A DNA stretch of 50,081 nucleotides from a virus (Duplodnaviria > Caudoviricetes): positions 1 to 50,081 of IMG/VR virus record IMGVR_UViG_3300035670_000313. One strand, written 5' to 3'. Below are positions 9,785-19,519 of the stretch, piece after piece. Position 1 is the first letter of the stretch, and each line of letters begins with the position of its first letter. Made by a program: the position numbers and the translations under genes. The notes below the pieces were generated by a model, which saw only the letters and a program-made list of their open reading frames with translations, was not told where the DNA came from and ran no database searches.

Positions 9785-10381
9785 ATGGCAGTCAAGAGCC
9801 TCGCCCAATCAAGCCTCCGCCAGTCTCCACAGATTAACTCTATGCTGGCGGGTTACCAGACTAACCAGTTCCATCACTTGGAGACCATCCGCTTGGGCGG
9901 AAGCGCCGCTTCCGTAGAGTTTACAAACCTTGCTAGGTATGCTGATTATCAGCATTTGCAACTAAGGGTTACTGGAAGAACAAGTCTTGGGACTGCTGGC
10001 AATTCGGGCATTCGTATCAGGCTAAATAGCGATACTGGAAATAACTACGCTTGGCACAGACTCGAGGGCAACGGCTCTTCTATACCTACAAGCGCTCAAA
10101 CATCAACAAACGGAGCTTTCATTACACACTTCCCAAGAAACTCCGCTGCTTCGGGAATTTTTGGTGTAGGTGTGATTGACATTCTTGACCCATTTGAAGC
10201 TAAAAACAAAACATTTCGCAGCTTGAATGGAGTGCCTTGGACTTACAACGTTGTTTCCTTACAATCAGCCTTATGGATGAATACAAATAGTGTTACAACG
10301 ATAAACATTTATGATAGCGATGGTGGAGATTTACTTACTGGCTCCCGCTTCTCTCTGTACGGTATTAAGGCAAGAGCATGA
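9785..10381 (+). CDS. Virion-associated paralog A1
   Basis: Similar to 12731-13321; ends GSRFSLYGI. Confidence 0.65.
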   Translation: MAVKSLAQSSLRQSPQINSMLAGYQTNQFHHLETIRLGGSAASVEFTNLARYADYQHLQLRVTGRTSLGTAGNSGIRIRLNSDTGNNYAWHRLEGNGSSIPTSAQTSTNGAFITHFPRNSAASGIFGVGVIDILDPFEAKNKTFRSLNGVPWTYNVVSLQSALWMNTNSVTTINIYDSDGGDLLTGSRFSLYGIKARA

Positions 10382-10890
10382 CAAGACGCATTACTCCTAC
10401 TTATGTACTTTTGAATCAAATTACTTTGGCTGCTAATAGTGTTGAAGTAGTATTTTCAGGCTTGCCTCAGAACTATGCAGACTTAGTTATGGTGGGGAAC
10501 TGGTCCAACAGCGGGATTGGGTCAGCTGGCAGGCTTCAGTTAAATGCCGATGCTGGTGCCAACTATAATGGCACTTGGATTGTTGCCACGGGTAGCGGTT
10601 CGCCAGCTGCTGGCTCCGAGTCTGGGGCTACATCTGCCCGTATTGCTGGGGCATCCATAGGGCCTAGTAATACATTTTCAAATGTTGTGACTTTGCAGTT
10701 TATGGATTACTCAGCTTCCGATAAGCACAAAACGATTTTAACTCGCTACGGGGCAGCGTCAACCGATGTACAAGCCACAGCAGTACGCTGGGCTAACAAT
10801 GCTCCGGTTACAAGCATTCGCTTTTTTGACATTTTGGGCCAAACCTTTCAGGCTGGTGCCACCTTCTCTATCTATGGAATTGCAGGATAA
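10378..10890 (+). CDS. Virion-associated paralog B1
   Basis: Similar to 13322-13807; ends GATFSIYGI. Confidence 0.65.
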   Translation: MTRRITPTYVLLNQITLAANSVEVVFSGLPQNYADLVMVGNWSNSGIGSAGRLQLNADAGANYNGTWIVATGSGSPAAGSESGATSARIAGASIGPSNTFSNVVTLQFMDYSASDKHKTILTRYGAASTDVQATAVRWANNAPVTSIRFFDILGQTFQAGATFSIYGIAG

Positions 10891-12135
10891 ATGTCTTACA
10901 CATTAATTGGGCATCAAAGGCTTGAGGCAACTGCTAGCAGCATTACGTTTAATGAGATTCCTCAAACATTCACAGACTTATATGTTGTGGCATCGCTTAG
11001 AAGCACCATCGGTACAAACACAACCTACGCAGCGTTTAGGCTAAACGGCACCACCTCGGGGTACAGTGGCAAAGTAACTATTGGCACAGGTGACGGTGGC
11101 TTATACACTGGCCCTTTAGATACAAACCAAGGGACGTTAGGCGAAATTGCCGGAAGCACAACTGCTAACACATTTGGAAGTACATCTCTGTACTTGAATA
11201 ACTATACTAGCTCTAACATTAAATCTTATTCAACAGACTCTACAGGCGAAGGAAACTTGGCAAGAGTTTACACTGGCTTTGTCAATGGTCTTTGGAGTAA
11301 TACTGCTGCGGTAAACTCCTTTACTATTATCGAAGGCCAGGGCCAGAACTTCGTAGCAGGCTCAACCGCAACCCTCTACGGCATCAACCGCACTCAGGCG
11401 ATTGGTAAGCCCAAGGCAATCGGTGGAAACATTACCTTTGCTAACGGCCACTGGGTGCACACGTTTACCGGTAGTGGTACGTTCTCCGCACAAGAGGACC
11501 TTAGGGTGGATGGCCTGGTCATTGCCGGGGGTGCTGGTGGTGCCTACTTTGCTGGTGCTGGCGGTGGCGCTGGAGGAGTGATTGCACTGGGTGGGGCCAG
11601 CCTACCCAGGGGCTCTTATCCGGTCTCAGTCGGCGCTGGTGGACTAGGTGGTGTTTCTACAAACGCATTTGGATTTAACGGAAGCGATTCAACCTTAGGC
11701 TCGTTTGTTGCGATTGGCGGCGGAAGGGCTGGGGTTGCTGGCGGTTCTGGTGGGGGTGGCTACTACAACCAGGGACAGGGAGCGGGCACAGCTGGGCAGG
11801 GATTTGCCGGAGGAGCCTGGAACAATGCTCCTGTTCGCGGTGGAGGCGGAGGCGCTAGCGAGCCAGGAAATACAGACAGACAGGGCGATGGTGGAGATGG
11901 AATTCTTTGGGACAACGCATTCTATGCCGGTGGCGGTGGCGGTGGCGGCGACGACTTTGCAACTTATGGTGGAACCGGTGGAGTCGGCGGTGGCGGTAAC
12001 GGAAAGTACATCGCCAACCAAGTTGGCGACCCTGCATTGATAAACACCGGCAGCGGTGGAGGTGGAGGAGCCTTTTACGCCAATGGTGGCAACGGCGGCT
12101 CCGGTATCGTAATCATTCGCTACCCAGCTGAGTAG
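10891..12135 (+). CDS. Paralog C1 with glycine-rich C-terminal domain
   Basis: HTFTGSGTF...GGSGIVIIRY. Confidence 0.7.
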   Translation: MSYTLIGHQRLEATASSITFNEIPQTFTDLYVVASLRSTIGTNTTYAAFRLNGTTSGYSGKVTIGTGDGGLYTGPLDTNQGTLGEIAGSTTANTFGSTSLYLNNYTSSNIKSYSTDSTGEGNLARVYTGFVNGLWSNTAAVNSFTIIEGQGQNFVAGSTATLYGINRTQAIGKPKAIGGNITFANGHWVHTFTGSGTFSAQEDLRVDGLVIAGGAGGAYFAGAGGGAGGVIALGGASLPRGSYPVSVGAGGLGGVSTNAFGFNGSDSTLGSFVAIGGGRAGVAGGSGGGGYYNQGQGAGTAGQGFAGGAWNNAPVRGGGGGASEPGNTDRQGDGGDGILWDNAFYAGGGGGGGDDFATYGGTGGVGGGGNGKYIANQVGDPALINTGSGGGGGAFYANGGNGGSGIVIIRYPAE

Positions 12136-12149
12136 GGTATAATAGAAGC

Positions 12150-12491
12150 ATGTCACATTTCGCAGAACTAGATGAGAACAACATTGTCACCCGTGTGCTC
12201 GTTGGTGACAACAACATGCCAAACGAGGGCTACGACTGGTTCGTAGAGAACTTGGGCGGACGCTGGATTCAGACCAGCTACAACGCAACTATCCGCAAGA
12301 ACTTTGCAGGCATCGGCTTTACTTACGATGAAGAGCGTGATGCCTTTATCCCACCTAAGCCATTTGAGAGCTGGACCCTAAATGAAGGAACCTGCCGCTG
12401 GATGGCACCTGTGCCATATCCGCAGGATGGTAGAATATACAGATGGGATGAAGAGTCCCTCGCATGGATTGAGGAAAGAATAGATGTCTGA
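12150..12491 (+). CDS. Hypothetical phage protein
   Basis: MSHFAELDENNIV...WIQTSYN...RKNFAGIG pattern common next to Gly-rich phage genes. Confidence 0.65.
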   Translation: MSHFAELDENNIVTRVLVGDNNMPNEGYDWFVENLGGRWIQTSYNATIRKNFAGIGFTYDEERDAFIPPKPFESWTLNEGTCRWMAPVPYPQDGRIYRWDEESLAWIEERIDV

Positions 12492-12720
12492 CACACCAAT
12501 GAAGCTTATAGTTGACTGTGCGACTGGCGCTCAGACTTACGTACCATTGTCTGCAGAAGAGATTGCAGAGCGTGAAGCACTGGCAGCACAGGCTGCTGAA
12601 GAGCAGGCTGCTCGTGAAGCTGCTGAGGCTGAGCGTGAGGCGCTGAAGGCTTCAGCTCGTGCTAAGCTAGTATCTGGCCAGCCACTGACCGAGGAAGAAG
12701 CAGCGCTTCTAGTTCTCTAA
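12484..12720 (+). CDS. Hypothetical helical protein
   Basis: 78 aa ORF, Ala/Glu-rich helix. Confidence 0.6.
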   Translation: MSDTPMKLIVDCATGAQTYVPLSAEEIAEREALAAQAAEEQAAREAAEAEREALKASARAKLVSGQPLTEEEAALLVL

Positions 12721-12730
12721 GGGGGCACAA

Positions 12731-13321
12731 GTGATTAAGTCTGCCTCGCAGTCTAGCCTAACCAATGATGTCAAGTACCGCAGCATGGCTGCGGCTAATG
12801 TGCCGTCTAATGAGTATTTGATTCAAACTGCAATTGTAAACGGCAGCAGCACCCTAATTGAGTTTAATAACTTAGCTCAGTTCCATGGAGTATACAGACA
12901 TTTGAAGCTTGTTGTATCTACTAGGAACAGTGCCAACGTTGGAACGGGCGCTTTGATTACCAGGTTTAACGGTGACTCTGGTAATAACTACACTTACCAC
13001 GCCCTAAGAAGCTACAACGGAACATTTACATCTGAATCAGTTGCTCCATATAGCTCAATTCTCGCATCCTGGAACCCTCATGGCGGAACAAATGGTGGGA
13101 ACTTTGGCATCTGTGAGGCAGATATACTAGACTGGTCCTCATCTGTAAAAAATAAATCTGTAAGGTCTTTAACCGGAGCCCTTTCTTACGCAAACATTGT
13201 TAGTATATTTTCTGGAGTATGGATGAATACAGCTCCAATAACATCTATTCAGCTAGTGGCAGAAGATGGCAACCCATTTACGGGCGGAAGCCGCTATTCA
13301 CTTTATGGGGTGACTGCATAA
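12731..13321 (+). CDS. Virion-associated paralog A2
   Basis: Paralog of 9785-10381. Confidence 0.65.
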   Translation: MIKSASQSSLTNDVKYRSMAAANVPSNEYLIQTAIVNGSSTLIEFNNLAQFHGVYRHLKLVVSTRNSANVGTGALITRFNGDSGNNYTYHALRSYNGTFTSESVAPYSSILASWNPHGGTNGGNFGICEADILDWSSSVKNKSVRSLTGALSYANIVSIFSGVWMNTAPITSIQLVAEDGNPFTGGSRYSLYGVTA

Positions 13322-13807
13322 ATGGCGCTTCAATCAGTTGTTGCGCTTGCAACAATAACACTGCAAAGTCCTAGCACTAGCGTATCTTTTAGTTCAATCC
13401 CAAATATCTACAGGGACCTATTTATTACTGTATCTGCAAACACCACTTCAAGCTTTGACCCCATATCCATGGTGTTTAACGGAGACACCGCTTCCACTAG
13501 AACTGCATTGCAAATGAGCGGAAACGGCTCCAGTCCCTCAAGCTCTACTTTTAATGACCTAAGGCTTGGGGATATCTACTCGACTTTTAATTTGCCTACA
13601 TTTTTTGTAATCTCAATTCCAGAGTATAGAGCTACGGATAGGCACAAGATTTACACGTCCAGAGGCAACCAGTCTGGAAACTTTGTCAACGCCATAGCTG
13701 GACAATGGTTCAGCACTAATGCAATAAATGCCATATCTTTCTCGGGCCAGTATGGCGGTTCATTTGCCACGGGCTCCGTCTTTAGCCTCTATGGAAGGAT
13801 TGCATAG
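13322..13807 (+). CDS. Virion-associated paralog B2
   Basis: Paralog of 10378-10890. Confidence 0.65.
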   Translation: MALQSVVALATITLQSPSTSVSFSSIPNIYRDLFITVSANTTSSFDPISMVFNGDTASTRTALQMSGNGSSPSSSTFNDLRLGDIYSTFNLPTFFVISIPEYRATDRHKIYTSRGNQSGNFVNAIAGQWFSTNAINAISFSGQYGGSFATGSVFSLYGRIA

Positions 13808-15102
13808 TGTTAAAGTACCACATTCAAACCATTGAAGTTGGAGCAGCTGGCTCATCAGAGCTAACCTTTAACAACATCCCACAGATTTATGACGACCTTG
13901 AATTAGTAGTAAGCGCAAGGAATAGCTCCACTCAGGAGCACCTCTTGATTAGCTTCAACGGCTCGACATCTAACTTTACTGGGATGTATGTAAATAACGC
14001 AGTAAGCTCTGGGGTTTATGCGAGATACTTGGGGAATCAGACTAGGGCTGCATATACGGCAAATACTTTTGGCAACACCAGAGCCTTGATAAGTAACTAT
14101 AGGGCCTCTACATCAAAAGCAATCTCTTCTGACACTTCGGCTCCGAATAACAGCACGGTTTCAAGCAGCTGGGCAACTGTTTTTGCGGCGAATCAATGGA
14201 ACTCAACCTCTCCAGTTACTTCTCTTACGCTAACCAGCGAGTCTGGCTCTAACTTTGTGCAGTACTCCTCTGCCTCCCTCTACGGCATCAAGCGGGGGGC
14301 AGATGGGGTAACTCAAGTGCCGGCTGCATTTGGTGGAACTGTGACTACTTCTGGCGGATATACCATTCACACTTTTACTGGCTCTGGAACATTTACTGCT
14401 AACCGTAATCTTCAGGTTGAGTACCTAGTGGTAGCCGGAGGAGGTGGCGGTGGGGCCGATGATGGCGGTGGAGGTGGCGCAGGAGGTTACCGAACTGCTT
14501 CTGGATTTGCAGTAAATGCCGGCAGCAGCCACACTGTAACTGTAGGCGCAGGTGGAGCTGGCGCTACTTCAATATCAAACAGTGGAGCAAAGGGCTCAGA
14601 CTCAGTATTTTCAACCATAACTTCTATTGGTGGCGGCGGAGGAAAGAGTAGAAGTTCTGGAGTTAGCAACAGCACAGGTGGCTCAGGTGGTGGAGGCTCA
14701 TACCTTAACCCAACTGCTGGACTTGGGACGGCTGGCCAAGGCTTTGACGGCGGAACAGGCCGAACTGACGCTCACTCTGGTGGCGGCGGTGGAGCTGGTT
14801 CAGTCGGAGGTAATGCTGTTGGCTCATCCGGTCCTGGAGGAAATGGTGGAGCTGGCCTAACTTCTTCAATTACAGGAACAGCCGTGACTCGTGCAGGTGG
14901 CGGCGGTGGCGCTAACGGAGGGCTTGGCTCTGCAGGCGGAGGAAACGGCTCAGATGCGAGACCGAGCTTCCCTGCCCCATCTGGGTTCTCTGCAACTGCT
15001 AATAGCGGCTCTGGTGGCGGCGGTCAGGGAAACTCTGGAAATTACCAAGGTGGTAATGGTGGTTCTGGAATTGTTGTTGTTCGTTACCTAACTCCCGCGT
15101 AG
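13807..15102 (+). CDS. Paralog C2 with glycine-rich domain
   Basis: HTFTGSGTF...GGSGIVVVRY; paralog of 10891-12135. Confidence 0.7.
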   Translation: MLKYHIQTIEVGAAGSSELTFNNIPQIYDDLELVVSARNSSTQEHLLISFNGSTSNFTGMYVNNAVSSGVYARYLGNQTRAAYTANTFGNTRALISNYRASTSKAISSDTSAPNNSTVSSSWATVFAANQWNSTSPVTSLTLTSESGSNFVQYSSASLYGIKRGADGVTQVPAAFGGTVTTSGGYTIHTFTGSGTFTANRNLQVEYLVVAGGGGGGADDGGGGGAGGYRTASGFAVNAGSSHTVTVGAGGAGATSISNSGAKGSDSVFSTITSIGGGGGKSRSSGVSNSTGGSGGGGSYLNPTAGLGTAGQGFDGGTGRTDAHSGGGGGAGSVGGNAVGSSGPGGNGGAGLTSSITGTAVTRAGGGGGANGGLGSAGGGNGSDARPSFPAPSGFSATANSGSGGGGQGNSGNYQGGNGGSGIVVVRYLTPA

Positions 15103-15116
15103 GATAAAATAGAACT

Positions 15117-15521
15117 ATGCCTACCACGCCAGACATCTACCCACCAGACTACGCAAGCGCAGCTGGTCAGGTAAGACTACTTATTCCAGACACCGAGCAG
15201 CTAGAGAACCTGGCTGACCCGACTGCGGCTGCATCATACCTGTTTAACGACTCGCAAATCCAGGCGTTCCTAACCCTGTACGGCAACAACGTAAAGCGAG
15301 CTGCAGCTCAGGCTAAGCTTGTGCTGTCTACCTCAGAGTCTCTAATCAACAAGGTCATCCGCACTGCGGATTACACCACCGACGGAGCCAAGCTAGGCGC
15401 AGAACTTCGTGCACAATCAGCTGCCCTTATGGCAGAAGCAGATAAGGATGAAGCAGAGGATTCGTACGAGGAGATTGCAATCGTCTCATTCACCACGAAG
15501 CCCGATAACTCATGGCTCTAA
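15117..15521 (+). CDS. Head-to-tail adaptor
   Basis: GQVRLLIPD...FNDSQIQAFL...RAAA; first neck gene. Confidence 0.75.
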   Translation: MPTTPDIYPPDYASAAGQVRLLIPDTEQLENLADPTAAASYLFNDSQIQAFLTLYGNNVKRAAAQAKLVLSTSESLINKVIRTADYTTDGAKLGAELRAQSAALMAEADKDEAEDSYEEIAIVSFTTKPDNSWL

Positions 15522-15979
15522 ATTCTAGAGGGGCAGTAGACCCACGCTGGCTAACGCACAACCAAGCAGTAGGTTATGCGTTGCAACTTGCTACCGTGGA
15601 CATCTACAACCCGGCCTCTGGCGAGCAGACTTATGACGCTGAGACTAACACCTGGACCGGCACAACTACGCCTCTGTACCTTGGCCCAGCTCGCATCCAG
15701 CCAGTTGCATCGGTAACCGAGACTACGCTTGAGTACAACCCAACTACCATTCAAAACGTCCGAGTCATTCTGCCTTACGGCAAGAACACCCTAGAGGGCT
15801 CTGAGGGCGCTGTGCCTGACATCAGGCCAAACGACAGACTTCGCGTTACCAGCTCGCCACACAACACCAGCCTAGAGAAGTTCATCTATGTTGTAATCGG
15901 TGTTCTAAACTCCAGCAACGCCTGGGAGCGCACCCTCCTGTGCAGGGTTGACACGGAGCTAGACCCGACAAATGCCTGA
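15512..15979 (+). CDS. Head-to-tail stopper
   Basis: YDAET..W...LYLGPARIQ; synteny. Confidence 0.65.
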   Translation: MALNSRGAVDPRWLTHNQAVGYALQLATVDIYNPASGEQTYDAETNTWTGTTTPLYLGPARIQPVASVTETTLEYNPTTIQNVRVILPYGKNTLEGSEGAVPDIRPNDRLRVTSSPHNTSLEKFIYVVIGVLNSSNAWERTLLCRVDTELDPTNA

Positions 15980-16601
15980 GCGTAAGAAAAGAGTCTACGA
16001 CTTTTCCCTCCCTGCCTACAGTACAAGTGGCAAGGAGGGTTTTACCAATAAGCTGGTAGTCCGCTTTGACTTCAGGGACTACGACAGAAGTATCCGTGAG
16101 ATGCGACGCTCCATCAAAGAAACGAACCAGGCTGCTAGGGAGCTGACTAAGAAGCTCAACAAGACCAACAAGGGCTTTGGCGTTTATATCTCAGCAAACC
16201 AGGTTGCAGACCGAGCTGGCTTTGGCAACGAGTTAATTAGCTTTAACCTCCCAGGAGCCGACAAGTTCTCCGCGGAACTGGCCCCATTCCTTACCGACAT
16301 CGGTGAGATGGGTAAGAAGATTATGCTCAAGTACGCAACTCGCGTTGAGACTAAGCTTATGCGTAAGTCGATTGGCTACATGCAGCGTCGCCCTGGAACT
16401 GGCTATGCACAGGTGGAGATTGGCTGGGTGCGTAGATGGCACCGCTACTTCGGCTACCAAGAAGATGGCGCTGGCAACATTCCACCTATGCGTTCCATCC
16501 TTCGCACAAGCATCGAGATGCAGGCACAGAAGGAGCAAGTTAGCCAGATATACTCTAAGTACTTTAGAAAAATATTTCTTGAGAAAGGCAGGAACGGCTA
16601 A
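15972..16601 (+). CDS. Neck protein (HK97 gp10-like)
   Basis: Basic; ETKLMRKSI...YFGYQEDG...IPPMR; synteny. Confidence 0.55.
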   Translation: MPERKKRVYDFSLPAYSTSGKEGFTNKLVVRFDFRDYDRSIREMRRSIKETNQAARELTKKLNKTNKGFGVYISANQVADRAGFGNELISFNLPGADKFSAELAPFLTDIGEMGKKIMLKYATRVETKLMRKSIGYMQRRPGTGYAQVEIGWVRRWHRYFGYQEDGAGNIPPMRSILRTSIEMQAQKEQVSQIYSKYFRKIFLEKGRNG

Positions 16602-17023
16602 TGACACTAAACCTTCTAGCGGTCCAAGACCAGATTACAGCTAAGCTCCGTGAGCTAGCACAGGATGTCTACGAGACCTCGGCTCCAGATGACAGCAAGC
16701 TGCGCTTCGATGAGTCGGGCAACCTGCTTCCTTACATCGTTGTGCAGTATTCCGACATGTACCCAGGCAACGGTAACGGCATCATCGGGGCTCGTTATGA
16801 CTCTGGCCAGTCCTATGCTCTGATTACCTGCGTGTCCGCCAACCAGCGGGCATCTCGTCAGGTTGCGGACCTAGTCCGCGACAAGCTCACCGGCTTCACG
16901 CCCACAGACGGTGGCGAATTACGCTTTGCTGGTGGCAGCATTGACTATGCAAACCCTGACGCAAAGCCAAACCGCTACGTCACCGAAGTCGGCTTTACTT
17001 TTGCCGTCAACACCGCATGGTAA
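16601..17023 (+). CDS. Tail terminator
   Basis: LPYIVV...ADLVRDKLTGFTP; upstream of major tail. Confidence 0.7.
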   Translation: MTLNLLAVQDQITAKLRELAQDVYETSAPDDSKLRFDESGNLLPYIVVQYSDMYPGNGNGIIGARYDSGQSYALITCVSANQRASRQVADLVRDKLTGFTPTDGGELRFAGGSIDYANPDAKPNRYVTEVGFTFAVNTAW

Positions 17024-17048
17024 AATAGTAAAGATTGGAAGGATTCTG

Positions 17049-17330
17049 ATGGCTCTAGCTATTAACCTTAGGACGGGTAAAACCGTTAGTGTTCCTGACC
17101 ACTACATTGGTCACGAAGTTTTGGGCAAGGACCTGGCTCCGTTTGATGGTGCTGAAGTCCAGGCTGCTCCAAAGAAAGAAAAGAAAAAGAAGTCCGCTGA
17201 GTATATCCCAGCCGCGATTGACGCTGACGGCGACGGCATCGTTCAAGACGGCACTGAATGGGAGCGCCCAGTAGGTACTGAAATCGAGGAGCAGCCTGCT
17301 CCAGACAACATCGAAGAGAACGAGGAATAA
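17049..17330 (+). CDS. Hypothetical protein with DxDxDG Ca-binding-like loop
   Basis: DADGDGIVQDGT; RBS GGAAGGA before ATG 17049. Confidence 0.6.
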   Translation: MALAINLRTGKTVSVPDHYIGHEVLGKDLAPFDGAEVQAAPKKEKKKKSAEYIPAAIDADGDGIVQDGTEWERPVGTEIEEQPAPDNIEENEE

Positions 17331-17333
17331 AGC

Positions 17334-18416
17334 ATGGCAACAAAGATGCTTCGTCCGAACGTTGGACTTTATGTTGCTACCGCAGATGCGTTTGCAGACT
17401 GGACAGCACCAACGCTGACCGAGATTACCAACGCAACTAAGGTATTCAACATCTCCCCAGCGGTGACTGACGACTACACCCTAAACATGACCGACAGCGA
17501 CACTGATGACTCTCTAGCCATCGTTGACAACGCATCGGTTTCCACCCCAACCTACAGCAACTACGAGGCTTCTCTTGACGGCTTCCGTGACGCAGACGCA
17601 GCAGCTGACTCTGTTTACAACAAGTTCCGCAGCCTATTCTCCGCACCAGACGTTAAGTACTACCTAATCAAGCGCGTTGGCAAGACCCACGATGCAGCTT
17701 TCGCTGCTGGCGACCTAATCAGCATCTACGGCGTTAAGACTGACTACCCAGTTGAGATTGTTGGCGACGGCGAGATGATTCGCCACGGCGCACGTTTCTT
17801 GACCACTGGTCAGGTTCGTGTTAACGTTGCAGTTGGCGCAGGTACCGCAGGTGCAGGCCCAGAGCTTAAGGCACTAGTTGGAACCAAGTCTGTTTCTAAC
17901 GGTAAGATTAAGGTCTGGTGGGTTCCAGTTGGCAACCTATCTGGCACCGAGGACGAGTTCGTTGCAGCACCTTCTGTTGCTGACATCGAGGCCGCTGGCT
18001 CTGTAGACCTAACCGAGGCAATCGCCTGGGACAGCTACGAGCTAGGTGCAACCGACTCCAACGCAATCGACGACCGTGGCATCCTCGACGAGGGCCAGGT
18101 TCAGACCCGTGGATTCGCACAGTTCTCAGGCTCCCTAATGTTCTTCCGTGGTATCACCTCGGAGACCACCGGAGCTTACTACAACGCATTCGAGACCTTC
18201 AAGGCAGCTACCGACGGTTCCCGTCCAGTTGGTTTCTTGGTCACCCGCGTTGGTATCCCAGCTTCTACCGCTCTTGACGCTGACCAGGAAGTATCTGCAT
18301 TCAAGTTCATCGCAGACGCATTCATGGACAACACCGAGGGTGAGGACAGCGTTAAGTTCATGGTGAACTTTGCACCTCAGGGTAAGCTTGGTGTTAACGT
18401 TGCTACTGTAGCGTAA
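17334..18416 (+). CDS. Major tail (tube) protein, internally duplicated
   Basis: Position, biased codons, two similar halves. Confidence 0.85.
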   Translation: MATKMLRPNVGLYVATADAFADWTAPTLTEITNATKVFNISPAVTDDYTLNMTDSDTDDSLAIVDNASVSTPTYSNYEASLDGFRDADAAADSVYNKFRSLFSAPDVKYYLIKRVGKTHDAAFAAGDLISIYGVKTDYPVEIVGDGEMIRHGARFLTTGQVRVNVAVGAGTAGAGPELKALVGTKSVSNGKIKVWWVPVGNLSGTEDEFVAAPSVADIEAAGSVDLTEAIAWDSYELGATDSNAIDDRGILDEGQVQTRGFAQFSGSLMFFRGITSETTGAYYNAFETFKAATDGSRPVGFLVTRVGIPASTALDADQEVSAFKFIADAFMDNTEGEDSVKFMVNFAPQGKLGVNVATVA

Positions 18417-18429
18417 CATCTGAAAAGCT

Positions 18430-18471
18430 GACTGGGTGGGGTTTTGCGCCCGTTTACCCCACCCAGTCTTT
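18430..18471 (+). terminator. Intrinsic terminator after major tail gene
   Basis: GACTGGGTGGGG/CCCCACCCAGTC 12-bp stem then TTT. Confidence 0.7.
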
Positions 18472-18505
18472 CACCTCATAAACGGCAAATAAACGGAAGG
18501 CGAAA

Positions 18506-19078
18506 ATGAGCGACAATATTGTAGACCTTGTGCAGGAGGCACAGAAGCGAGGCAAGTTCTCACTTGCTGACGCAATCAAGGGGACTGCTTATCCAGAGAA
18601 GTCAGTAGACGTTTACCTGGATGCGGCATCGGCACAGGAGTTTGCCGAGCTAAACGACAAGATTAAGCAGCTTGACCCAGAGACCCCAGAGTATGCGGAG
18701 CTGAGCGACAAGCTAGAGCAAATCTCAGATAAGATTAAGTCCTCTAAGCTAACTTTCCACATGCGTGGCGTTGGCCAGGGAACTGTGGAGAAGGCTACTG
18801 AGGCGGCTGATGAGGCCTGCCCACCTAAGGACGGCGTAGAGCACCCACTGTGGACCAAGTACTACCTGTGCTACCTAATCGCCGAGAACATTGTAAAGAT
18901 TACCGACGCTGAGGGTAATGAAGACCTGACCAAGCTTACGGTAGATGACGTAATCCAAATCAGAGATGCTGTTCCAATCGACGCTTGGGAAGTAATCGTT
19001 GACACCATGCAGCGACTAACCCTAGCATCCAGCTACTTCGATGCAGTAACGGACGCAGGTTTTTTACCGAAGTCCTGA
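18506..19078 (+). CDS. Tail assembly chaperone (G)
   Basis: Between major tail and tape measure; ends at slippery site. Confidence 0.8.
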   Translation: MSDNIVDLVQEAQKRGKFSLADAIKGTAYPEKSVDVYLDAASAQEFAELNDKIKQLDPETPEYAELSDKLEQISDKIKSSKLTFHMRGVGQGTVEKATEAADEACPPKDGVEHPLWTKYYLCYLIAENIVKITDAEGNEDLTKLTVDDVIQIRDAVPIDAWEVIVDTMQRLTLASSYFDAVTDAGFLPKS

Positions 19079-19497
19079 GCTGGGATGGCAACCGAGGCTA
19101 CGTAACCGCAATTAAAGCCTCGATTGCAGCGGGTATCAGGCCAGTCGCTATGTTGTTCCACGAACAGCCTAGCGACCCCTGGACCCCATTCGACTTCATG
19201 TTAATTGAAGCCTTCCAGATTCTTCAGGACGAAACCTGCAGTGACTGCGGTAATCCAATTTGGGTTTGTAGGAATGAGAACGCCGCAAACGTTGGATTTA
19301 AGATTAAGACCTCCATTTGCTATGCCAAGGCTGAGCTTGACAAGTGGCATGAGCGTGAGGAAAAAAAGAAGTCAAAGAAGAAGTCATACGGCGAGAGCCC
19401 ATACATTGTTGCATACACCTACGACGATGGCCCACTCCCGACTCGTGCATCCTACTATAGCTACCTATCCGAGAAGGCTCAGGATACGATAGAATAG
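19060..19497 (+). CDS. Tail assembly chaperone GT extension via -1 frameshift
   Basis: T TTT TTA heptamer at 19060-19066; -1 frame open from there to 19497. Confidence 0.8.
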   Translation, partial: FFTEVLSWDGNRGYVTAIKASIAAGIRPVAMLFHEQPSDPWTPFDFMLIEAFQILQDETCSDCGNPIWVCRNENAANVGFKIKTSICYAKAELDKWHEREEKKKSKKKSYGESPYIVAYTYDDGPLPTRASYYSYLSEKAQDTIE

Positions 19498-19519
19498 TAC
19501 TAACTATAGGTGGTGTGCT

